From positions 1 to 39,511 of the forward strand of contig QMPZ01000003.1 of NCBI GenBank assembly GCA_003648815.1: a DNA stretch of 39,511 nucleotides, read 5' to 3'. The position numbers were made by a program, and so were the translations under genes. Below are positions 19,761 through 27,604 of the stretch, one piece after another; position 1 is the first letter of the stretch; every line of letters starts with the position of its first letter. The notes below the pieces were generated by a model that made no database searches, was not told the origin of the DNA, and was given only the letters and a program-made list of their open reading frames with translations. The DNA is from Candidatus Aerophobota bacterium (GTDB lineage: Bacteria; Aerophobota; Aerophobia; Aerophobales; B47-G16).

Positions 19761-20711
19761 TTAGTCCCGAGAGTTTTCCTTGTGAGTTTTGGAAGGAAGA
19801 GGGGAGACCATTGATCTTTGCATAAGCATTCCCATCTTAATGCGAGCCATTGCAGTGAGCTTGGGATCAGTATCCAAATTGGAGACCATCTGGTATTCGG
19901 AGATTGCTTCCTTTACCCTTCCCTGGACCTCGTAACAACTTCCCAGCAAAAAATGAGAGGCAGCGCTGTTAGGATCTATCTTCAGCGCCTCCTTAGCGTC
20001 GGAGATTGCCCTGTCTAACTTTCCCCTCTGATAATAAATCATTCCCCTTTGATTGTAAAAATCTATCTTTTTAGGAGATAGATTTTTGGCCTCCTCAAAA
20101 TAACGGCTCGCCTCCTCCAACACTCCTTTCTCCTCATAAAGAACCCCTAACATAAGATAAATGGAATACTCCTCAGGGTTGAGCTTGAGGGCTTTTTTGT
20201 AAACCGCGATGGCCTCATCTACTCTTCCCTCCTCGTAGAGCCGGCTACCCTTCTCCTGAAGGAGGATGACCGGCTCAGGCTGTGGGAGGAACCTGGTCAA
20301 GACAACGTAAGCGCAAAGAAGAGCTGCAATCCCTACCCCTCCCCTTATAAGCCATTTTTTTACCACACTTAACTTTTCCTCTTTAATTAAATCATCCAGG
20401 TACCACCACCAATGAGAGGCAGGGATCTTTCTTTCCTCTCGATAAGGGGCAAGCTCGACAGAAGCTTTGAGGTGTTTGAGTATTATCTTTGCCTTTTTTC
20501 TCGCTATGGGATCGAGGTTCTCCAGTTTTGTCCTCTCTGCGGAGACATTCGTTCCCCTCTCCTCTAAGCTATGCAAAAGCTCCTCAATTTCATCCCTTAA
20601 GGTGAGCATCTTCAGGACATCTTTGCCAAGCTGCTCTACATTGGATAAGTATTTCTTGTACTCCTCGAGCATTTCTCTTAAATCGCTTAAGGTTGCTTTC
20701 TTGGGACCCAT
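19761..20711 (-). CDS. Single-pass membrane protein with C-terminal TPR repeats
   Basis: Helical N-terminal domain ending in IPASHWWWYLDD, a hydrophobic segment (GGVGIAALLCAYVVL), then about 4 TPR motifs. Start at 20711 with GAAGGGAG SD. Confidence 0.85.
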   Translation of the reverse strand: MGPKKATLSDLREMLEEYKKYLSNVEQLGKDVLKMLTLRDEIEELLHSLEERGTNVSAERTKLENLDPIARKKAKIILKHLKASVELAPYREERKIPASHWWWYLDDLIKEEKLSVVKKWLIRGGVGIAALLCAYVVLTRFLPQPEPVILLQEKGSRLYEEGRVDEAIAVYKKALKLNPEEYSIYLMLGVLYEEKGVLEEASRYFEEAKNLSPKKIDFYNQRGMIYYQRGKLDRAISDAKEALKIDPNSAASHFLLGSCYEVQGRVKEAISEYQMVSNLDTDPKLTAMARIKMGMLMQRSMVSPLPSKTHKENSRD

Positions 20712-20785
20712 AGAAGTTCTCCCTTCAAACACGACAAACGGAAACCATCCAACGGAGAGCAAAGTAGGCAAGAAAACGACACTTG

Positions 20786-20810
20786 AGGGGGGATGTTTCC
20801 CCCCTTTATT
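20786..20810 (+). terminator. Hairpin with plus-strand T tract
   Basis: AGGGGGGA-TGTT-TCCCCCCT followed by TTATT; orientation is opposite to the surrounding genes. Confidence 0.45.
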
Positions 20811-20915
20811 AAACAAATGTTTATAAATTCCTGTACTTCAAGGTAAGCTTTGCCACTGATAGATTAATCCAGGGATTTTACTGCACAGGCTAAATTCTGA
20901 GGCTATCTTTGATCG

Positions 20916-21341
20916 TTAATTCTGGCTAAGGATTTTCCGGGATAGTCTCTGACCAAAAGCCCTGGCCTCTGACAAATTCCTGATTCTTCGAAAGTCGATG
21001 ATTATGGAACCCTGTTTTTCCAGCAAGGCCATCAGCCTCTTTATGGCCTTGCTCACCCCGAGCATCTTGGGGATGACGAAGACGGCCACCTTTTTCCCCT
21101 CCAATCCACTGCATTCCCTTATGAAGGAGGCAATTTCCTCGGAAAATTTCCCACCCCACAGTCCCATCACCGGGCTTCCCACATAGACCAGGTCATAAGA
21201 AAAAAGACTCTTTATGCCAACTCCTCTAACTGCCCTTATCTGTTGTACCTGATGCCCTGCCTCCTTACTGCTTGAGGAGATAGCTTCCACAATTGCCTCC
21301 ATCTTTCTTGATTTTGGGGGATAAACTATAGCTACCCTCAA
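20916..21341 (-). CDS. Flavodoxin-like protein (degenerate FMN loop)
   Basis: RVAIVY, YDLVYVGSP and LEGKKVAVF flavodoxin-fold pattern. TTG start at 21341 after GAGGAG; GTG at 21377 is the alternative. Confidence 0.75.
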   Translation of the reverse strand: MRVAIVYPPKSRKMEAIVEAISSSSKEAGHQVQQIRAVRGVGIKSLFSYDLVYVGSPVMGLWGGKFSEEIASFIRECSGLEGKKVAVFVIPKMLGVSKAIKRLMALLEKQGSIIIDFRRIRNLSEARAFGQRLSRKILSQN

Positions 21342-21373
21342 TTTACTCTCCTCTATGTTTAAATAACCTGCGT

Positions 21374-24300
21374 TCACAGGATGGCTTTTCGCTTACTTTT
21401 ATGATAACTTTTCACCCGGGCGATGAAGGTTCTCACCTTGTTCAAATAGTTTGCCTGATGGGAGTCATCGTAGGAAAGGCTAAGGATAGGAAAACCTGGA
21501 TAGTCCTTCTCTATCTGTGTCATCGCGGCGACGGTTATATTACCCGGCATACAGGTAAACGGCATCACGTTAACTACCCCATCCCTTCCCCTCTTTATGG
21601 AATGCAAGGTCTTTCCCACCGTCAGGATGGCCTCTCCCCTTAGGGAACGATGTAGGTATTTTTCGCCCAGCTCAAGGACTTCCCTTATTTCAGGTTCCTC
21701 ATATCCCTTTACTATTTCCTCGAAAGGAAGGACAAGCTTTTCTTCTATCATCTTCTGGAATAGATTTCTTGCCCGATTCTTAACGAACTCCAAAAAGTTC
21801 CTTTCCTTCAAACTCACATCCCTGTGCATCTCATTCGTATACATAAACCACTCTCGCATCGAAGCCAGCTCCACTTTCAGCCCATATCTTTCCAGCTCCT
21901 CTATGATGAAGTTGTTGGCAAATGGATTGTGTCTTACGTATATTTCTCCCACTACGGTAACTACGGGCCTGTCCTCTTTCTTTCTCCTTATCTTCTTAAA
22001 GGCGCCCGCAGCCTCCTTCATAACAGTAGCCACTCCTCTTCCCTCCCTTACAGCTCTGCAGACCTCATCCCGGTATTTTAAATACACCCTATCCGTCTCT
22101 CCTTTGTTTAGCTCGTCAGGTCTTATCAATCTCTGAACCTTACGCAGTATATCTATAGCCACGATGCCCTCCCAGGCTAATTTGGTAAACCTTACCCCCA
22201 GACCTCCGTAGCTGTTTTCGGAATCTAAGGAGACGACGGGGATGTCCTCATGACCAATTCTTCTTAAAATTTGTTTCTGGAAAGCACAATACTGGCCAAA
22301 TCTGCAGGGCCCCTGTGCTGTTCCCATAAAAAAGGCGCATCTTTTAGGATCAAAGTGGTCGTTATTTATCACCTTAAGGATATCCCCTGTGGTCAGGATA
22401 CAGGGATAACATTCTCTTCCCGTGGTATATTTTCGCGCCTCTCGCACGCTTCTTTCATCACTCACCTCCATAACCTCGGCTCTTTTTCCCAAAGCTTCAA
22501 GTGCTGCCTTCAGGGCATAGGAGTGATCGTCCATATAGGGAATGTAAATTGTTCTCTCATCCTCGGGCAGGTTCGCCCTGGACAGGACAGATCGGGCCAT
22601 TGGGGGTCTTCTTGTCAGAGCCTCCCTGTTCTTAACGCTGTCCAAAAAAGCCTCTAAGCGGGTGATGACCCCTGCCTCAGCGCTATGTTCGTCAATTTGT
22701 AGTTCAAGGTAAGGCCTGTCCATCTCCTCATTGAAGTACTTGCTGATAAAAGAATCCGGCCCACAGGCGAAGTTGGTAAGGTAGATGGGATAAAGGTTTT
22801 TTGTCTGTCTTATCCTTCGGGCAGCAGCTAAGATCTTCTGTCCTTGATACCAGTACAGATTAGGATAGTCATCGGAGATCAAGGAGAAGTCCAGATCCAG
22901 AAAGTCTAAAGGTATTGGCAGCATTCCTAACTCCCTCATCTTCCTGGCCAGATCAAGGTTAAGTCCCGGATCACATCCATTATAAGGCCGGGATACTATC
23001 ACAAAACCCCTCTTTCCGTTTAACTTTTCCAAGACCTCCTTACCTTTCTGTTTTAACTTCTCATAAAACCGATATTGCGCCTTTTTCGCTTCCTCAGCAG
23101 CTTTTTTGACCTTAAGTGGGTCCTCTCCTAATTCTTTGCCTATCTGAATTAAGGCCTTCTTCAATCCTTCCCTTAAGGATAGCTTTGGCTCAAGTATCTT
23201 TGTATGGGGATATTTTTTTCTATCTATGCTTGAGTTGACAAAATAAGGTAGGGCCTGAGACCAGGCACAGTTATAGGTTCTTCTCAAGATTTCTTCCTTC
23301 TTCTCGAAGTCGATCAGGCTGGGCAGGAATATATAATCCACCTTCTTCTCAAGCAGGTTCAGGACATGACCGTGGGCAACCTTCATGGGGAAACACAGCT
23401 CAGCGGTTACGGCTTCCACCCCTTGATGAATGATGGTATCGTTGGTTCTATCTGAAAGTACCACCTCATAGCCAAGTTCGGAGAAAAAGGCATTCCATAA
23501 GGGAAAAAGCTCAAAGTTGTAAAGGGCACGAGGTATGCCAATTTTCTTTCCATTTGATTTTTCCCCTTTTCTTGTTCCGGAAAAAAGAAGCCTTTCCCTC
23601 TCCTTGAAAAAGTCGGGAAGTCCCTCTATCCTCTTCCTTCCTTCCTTGCCGCTGTACCTTTCGCATCTGTCTCCGTAGGTCAGAGGCTTTTCCTCCCCTT
23701 CGATCCATACCTGATTGACCTTGCAATGGTTTGAACAACCATTGCACACAAAGGAGGTCATTCGATAGTTTACCTCACTTAAGCCAAATCCCTTAAACTT
23801 GCTCTCGCCAACCGTCTCCTCCATAGCTACGATAGCTGCTCCAATTGCCCCCAGGACCTCGTTATGGGGAGGAACGATTACCTTCCTTCCCAAGATCTTT
23901 TCAAAGGCAGCTACCACCGCCCTATTGCAGGCTGTGCCTCCCTGGAAAAATATGTTATCGCCGATTTTCCTATTTTCCACCACCTTGTTCAGGTAGTTAT
24001 AGGCCACCGAATAAGCCAGACCGGCCACAAGATCAGGAACCGGGACTCCCCTCTGTAGATGCTCGACCAACGCCGATTCCATGAAAACAGTACATCTGTC
24101 TCCCAGGTCGGCTGGGCTGTCGCTGGAGAAGGCTATCTCCTCGAACTGCTTTTTGATGTTTATCCCCAAGCTTTCTGCCTGTTCCTCTAAGAAAGAGCCT
24201 GTGCCGGCAGCGCAGACCTTGTTCATGGTAAAGTCAACTATCGCCCCGTCCTTCAAGCTAATAAACTTGGAGTCCTGACCTCCAATCTCAAAGATGGTAT

Positions 24301-25531
24301 CCACGTTCGGGTCTATATTTAAGGCTCCCTTAGCCTGAGCGGTGATCTCGTTTTTAATCACATCCGCTCCTATGAAAGCCCCTATCATATATCTTCCCGA
24401 TCCGGTGGTTGCTGCTCCTCGGATCCTGACCTTCCCCTCTACTTTTCTCCTCACCTCTCTCAGTCCGTCCTGAACAGCCTTAATGGGTTTGCCCGCCGTG
24501 GGAAGGTAGCTTTTGGCGATGAGTCGCTTACGGCTATCTATCACTGCCACATTGGTACTCACCGAGCCTATATCTATGCCCAGGTAAGCATCTATCAACT
24601 TACCATCCGCAGGAAACTTGTATTCCTCTTCCTCACGAGGAGGCTTTTCATCCTCGTAATCTAAGGAGAGTTTCGGAAGACTTGCTCGGCTGCGTCTCAC
24701 GGAAAAACTCTTGTTTAAGTTAGTCAGATCGAACCTTTCGACCTTCTTTTCCTCCAGTAAGGATAGAGCCGCGCCCAGAGCTCCTAAGGAGTAAAAATGT
24801 TCGGGAACGATTATGTTTTCCTTTCTCAAGACCTTCTTAAAGGCCACAAGCATGGCCTTATTTGCCGCAACTCCTCCTTGAAAGGATATGGGCTCGACAA
24901 AATCCTTGCCACGGGCGATGTTGCTCTTGTAACTTCTTGCCAGCGCCTCACACAATCCCATAGTTATATCCCTCATGGGAGTGGCTTTTTGTTGCAGGTG
25001 AATCATATCGCTCTTAGCAAATACAGCACATCTTCCGGCAATACGAGCAGGATTGGTGGACTTCAAGGCCTCCTCAGCAAACTCTCCTTCTATGTCCAAC
25101 TCCAATCTCTTCGCCTGCTGATCCAGGAAGGAACCGGTGCCCGAAGCACAACTTGAGTTCATGCCAAAGTCTATTACCTCCCCCTTCTCGTTAAGAGCGA
25201 TGAACTTGGCGTCGCATCCTCCAATATCTATTACCGTCCTCACCTCAGGATGAAGATGATGAATCCCCTTAGCGTGAGCTATCACCTCTTCAAAATAAGG
25301 CACCTTCCACTCCCTGCTGAGATGCTCTCCATTGGATCCGGTAACGGCTACGTATCCGAGAGGATATTTTTCAACTATTCTCCTTAGCACTTGGCGTGCT
25401 TTTTCCAAGGGCTGGCCATTGTGTCGGGTATACTTTTCCTCGTAAACGAGCCTTCCCTCCCCATCTATAACTACAGCGTTCACGCTTATTGACCCAAGAT
25501 CCAAACCCGCTATAAAGCTACTATCTTTCAT
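21374..25531 (-). CDS. CoA-substrate-specific activase/reductase fusion (2 x BcrAD_BadFG + DUF2229 + dehydratase-like); PlsA/Ger-like
   Basis: Two ASKHA modules (GLDLGS..DIGG..CASGTGSFL..RCAVF and GIDIGS..EIGGQD..CAAGTGSFL..RCTVF), a CxxCxNxC linker, then CFPMKVAHGH, FACGPD, ECYPC, GPCRFGQY, PFTCMP. Confidence 0.9.
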   Translation of the reverse strand: MKDSSFIAGLDLGSISVNAVVIDGEGRLVYEEKYTRHNGQPLEKARQVLRRIVEKYPLGYVAVTGSNGEHLSREWKVPYFEEVIAHAKGIHHLHPEVRTVIDIGGCDAKFIALNEKGEVIDFGMNSSCASGTGSFLDQQAKRLELDIEGEFAEEALKSTNPARIAGRCAVFAKSDMIHLQQKATPMRDITMGLCEALARSYKSNIARGKDFVEPISFQGGVAANKAMLVAFKKVLRKENIIVPEHFYSLGALGAALSLLEEKKVERFDLTNLNKSFSVRRSRASLPKLSLDYEDEKPPREEEEYKFPADGKLIDAYLGIDIGSVSTNVAVIDSRKRLIAKSYLPTAGKPIKAVQDGLREVRRKVEGKVRIRGAATTGSGRYMIGAFIGADVIKNEITAQAKGALNIDPNVDTIFEIGGQDSKFISLKDGAIVDFTMNKVCAAGTGSFLEEQAESLGINIKKQFEEIAFSSDSPADLGDRCTVFMESALVEHLQRGVPVPDLVAGLAYSVAYNYLNKVVENRKIGDNIFFQGGTACNRAVVAAFEKILGRKVIVPPHNEVLGAIGAAIVAMEETVGESKFKGFGLSEVNYRMTSFVCNGCSNHCKVNQVWIEGEEKPLTYGDRCERYSGKEGRKRIEGLPDFFKERERLLFSGTRKGEKSNGKKIGIPRALYNFELFPLWNAFFSELGYEVVLSDRTNDTIIHQGVEAVTAELCFPMKVAHGHVLNLLEKKVDYIFLPSLIDFEKKEEILRRTYNCAWSQALPYFVNSSIDRKKYPHTKILEPKLSLREGLKKALIQIGKELGEDPLKVKKAAEEAKKAQYRFYEKLKQKGKEVLEKLNGKRGFVIVSRPYNGCDPGLNLDLARKMRELGMLPIPLDFLDLDFSLISDDYPNLYWYQGQKILAAARRIRQTKNLYPIYLTNFACGPDSFISKYFNEEMDRPYLELQIDEHSAEAGVITRLEAFLDSVKNREALTRRPPMARSVLSRANLPEDERTIYIPYMDDHSYALKAALEALGKRAEVMEVSDERSVREARKYTTGRECYPCILTTGDILKVINNDHFDPKRCAFFMGTAQGPCRFGQYCAFQKQILRRIGHEDIPVVSLDSENSYGGLGVRFTKLAWEGIVAIDILRKVQRLIRPDELNKGETDRVYLKYRDEVCRAVREGRGVATVMKEAAGAFKKIRRKKEDRPVVTVVGEIYVRHNPFANNFIIEELERYGLKVELASMREWFMYTNEMHRDVSLKERNFLEFVKNRARNLFQKMIEEKLVLPFEEIVKGYEEPEIREVLELGEKYLHRSLRGEAILTVGKTLHSIKRGRDGVVNVMPFTCMPGNITVAAMTQIEKDYPGFPILSLSYDDSHQANYLNKVRTFIARVKSYHKSKRKAIL

Positions 25532-25599
25532 TTTTTCTCCTCTAAAACTTGCCGAATAAGTCTTATCTACCAGACAAGAACTCTTTCATTGTAGTCAAG

Positions 25600-25627
25600 A
25601 TTTTATCACAAGGGGATGAGGTGTCAA
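25600..25627 (-). promoter_or_regulatory. sigma70 promoter for the activase operon
   Basis: TTGACA (25627-25622), 16 bp, TAAAAT (25605-25600), with an extended -10 TGn. Confidence 0.75.
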
Positions 25628-25695
25628 GCTCAGGAAACCGAAGCACATCCTCCCTCTTGCTTTCTTGAAGCATACGAATTTTATAGTTCGTTTTC

Positions 25696-25723
25696 TTGAC
25701 AAAATTATTTTTGAGTGTATTAT
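25696..25723 (+). promoter_or_regulatory. dcw operon promoter
   Basis: TTGACA (25696-25701), 16 bp, TATTAT (25718-25723). Confidence 0.75.
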
Positions 25724-25760
25724 GGGGAACGGTGGCATAAAGTGGGGAAAAGTGGAGAAA
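25722..25760 (+). promoter_or_regulatory. MraZ-binding direct repeats
   Basis: ATGGGG, GTGGCA, GTGGGG, GTGGAG at an exact 10-bp period upstream of mraZ, matching known GTGG-type MraZ boxes. Confidence 0.85.
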
Positions 25761-25776
25761 AACACAAGAGGAAAAG

Positions 25777-26214
25777 ATGTTCACCGGCGAATACCATCAT
25801 TCTCTGGACGAAAAGAATAGATTAACCATTCCCTCAAGACTGCGTCAACAGGCGGATAGCGAGGATCAATTTGTCATCACCCCTGGTCTTGATAAAGCCC
25901 TGTTCCTTTATCCCCTTTCGGAATGGAAAAGATTGGGAAAGAGACTGAGAAGTCTTTCTACCCTTCACTCCGATGCTCGAGCCTTCCTCAGGCTTTTTTT
26001 CTCCGGAGCTCATCCGGTTCAACCGGATGCTCAAGGTAGGATTACCCTGCCCCAAACCTTGAAGGAGATGGCCGAGATTAAGGACAAAATAGTCATAATT
26101 GGTGCATTTAATAAAATAGAGATCTGGAGCGAAGAAAGGTGGAATGAGTATTATCAGGAAAAAAGAGCTATTTTCGAGGAGTTGGCAGAAAGGATTATGG
26201 ATGTGGAGATATGA
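25777..26214 (+). CDS. mraZ: Transcriptional regulator MraZ
   Basis: MFTGEYHHSLDEKNRLTIP, DAQGRITLP, IEIW. Confidence 0.97.
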   Translation: MFTGEYHHSLDEKNRLTIPSRLRQQADSEDQFVITPGLDKALFLYPLSEWKRLGKRLRSLSTLHSDARAFLRLFFSGAHPVQPDAQGRITLPQTLKEMAEIKDKIVIIGAFNKIEIWSEERWNEYYQEKRAIFEELAERIMDVEI

Positions 26215-27107
26215 AAGTTTCTCTTCATCAACCGGCAATGGTCAAGGAGGTTCTATATTACCTTGCTCCTCAAGCAGGAGGCCTTTATGTAGATTGCACG
26301 ATAGGATCTGGTGGTCACAGCAGGGCTATCCTGGAGAAGACGGATGGAAAGGCCAAAATTCTGGGAATAGACCGGGATGAGGAAGCTTTAAGGATAGCTG
26401 AGGAGCAGCTGAGGGAATACGAAAAGCAGATCATCCTGGTAAAGGGAAACTTCAAGGATCTTCATGAGATCTTAAAAGGTGAGAAGATAAAAAAGGTAAA
26501 CGGTATCTTATATGATCTGGGTGTCTCTTCCATGCAACTGGATAGCCGGCAGCGAGGATTTAGCTTCCGCTGGAACAGTCCTCTTGACATGCGCATGGAC
26601 AAACAGCAGGAACTGACTGCATCACACCTGGTAAACGAACTTTCGGAAAAAAAGTTAGAGGAGATCTTTTTCAAGTTAGGGGAGGAGAGATGGGCCAGGA
26701 GGGTGGCAAAGTTTATAGTTAAAGAAAGAAAAAAGCGTCCTCTCAGGACAACGGAGGAGTTGGTAGAGACGATAAGAAAAGCTATTCCTGCGGAGGTCCG
26801 GCGAAAAAGGAAGATCCACTTCGCCACCAAGATATTTCAGGCCCTTCGCATCAAGGTTAACGAGGAGCTGGAAAATTTAAAAATTAGTCTGAACAGCTGC
26901 TTTGACCTTCTACAGAAAGGAGGAAGGGTCTGCATAATCAGCTATCATTCCTTAGAGGACCGTATAGTAAAGAATGAGTTTAGAAAGAGAAGAGAAAAGG
27001 AGATAAAGATCCTGACAAAAAAGGTGGTCAGGCCCTCATTTGAGGAAATAAGGTCAAATCCCCGCGTTCGTTCAGCCAAGCTGAGGGCAGCGGAAAAGTG
27101 TAAATGA
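26211..27107 (+). CDS. rsmH: 16S rRNA m4C1402 methyltransferase
   Basis: DCTIGSGGHS, DLGVSSMQLD, PLDMRM, FQALRI, SYHSLEDR, NPRVRSAKLR. Confidence 0.98.
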   Translation: MKVSLHQPAMVKEVLYYLAPQAGGLYVDCTIGSGGHSRAILEKTDGKAKILGIDRDEEALRIAEEQLREYEKQIILVKGNFKDLHEILKGEKIKKVNGILYDLGVSSMQLDSRQRGFSFRWNSPLDMRMDKQQELTASHLVNELSEKKLEEIFFKLGEERWARRVAKFIVKERKKRPLRTTEELVETIRKAIPAEVRRKRKIHFATKIFQALRIKVNEELENLKISLNSCFDLLQKGGRVCIISYHSLEDRIVKNEFRKRREKEIKILTKKVVRPSFEEIRSNPRVRSAKLRAAEKCK

Positions 27108-27604
27108 AGTGGTTTTTATTGATCCTCATCTTCGTCTTCGCGGTGGTGGGAACAGAGATATACCAAAATGTGGAGTTGGTAAGGGATAGTTACAACATAC
27201 AAAAGCTTAAAAGGAGAATAGAGAAGTTAAAGAAGGAAAATGAACTCCTCAGGGTGAAGATCTCAAATTCTTTATCTTTGAAAAATCTGGGTAGGTACGC
27301 TCGGGAAGAACTCAAGCTGTCCAATCCTCGCGAAGTAAGAATACTGAAGACCTTTCGGGAAGAAAAAGTCAAATCTTCTCGACAGAACCAGAGAAAATGG
27401 AGCCTTCTTGGAGGGTGGCCTGGACAAAAACTTAAATTTCTATTCGATGGCATTGAAAATTTAAAAGTTTTTATGATTGAAAGGCTTAAGAGGTTAATAA
27501 AAAGGAGGGCTTATCTTGGCCGGAAAAGAAATGAGGATTCGTGCTCGAACCCCTCTTATCCTAATTTTGCTTCTGTTTGTCCTCATAGAAGTTCGTCTTT
27601 TTGA
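27104..27604 (+). CDS. ftsL: FtsL-like cell division protein
   Basis: N-terminal TM segment, coiled coil, YAREELKL motif; position between rsmH and ftsI. Confidence 0.7.
   Translation: MKWFLLILIFVFAVVGTEIYQNVELVRDSYNIQKLKRRIEKLKKENELLRVKISNSLSLKNLGRYAREELKLSNPREVRILKTFREEKVKSSRQNQRKWSLLGGWPGQKLKFLFDGIENLKVFMIERLKRLIKRRAYLGRKRNEDSCSNPSYPNFASVCPHRSSSF

Noticed and set aside
20725-20785. c-di-GMP-I riboswitch resemblance (GGAAAC..GCAAAG)
   Set aside because: On the wrong strand relative to the gene, and the required stems are not evident.
20712-20816. 35-aa N-terminal extension of the TPR ORF
   Set aside because: A strong SD precedes ATG 20711, and the extension spans a hairpin-containing leader.
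25563-25784. 73-aa minus ORF across the divergent promoter region
   Set aside because: Overlaps both promoters and the MraZ boxes; no recognisable protein features.
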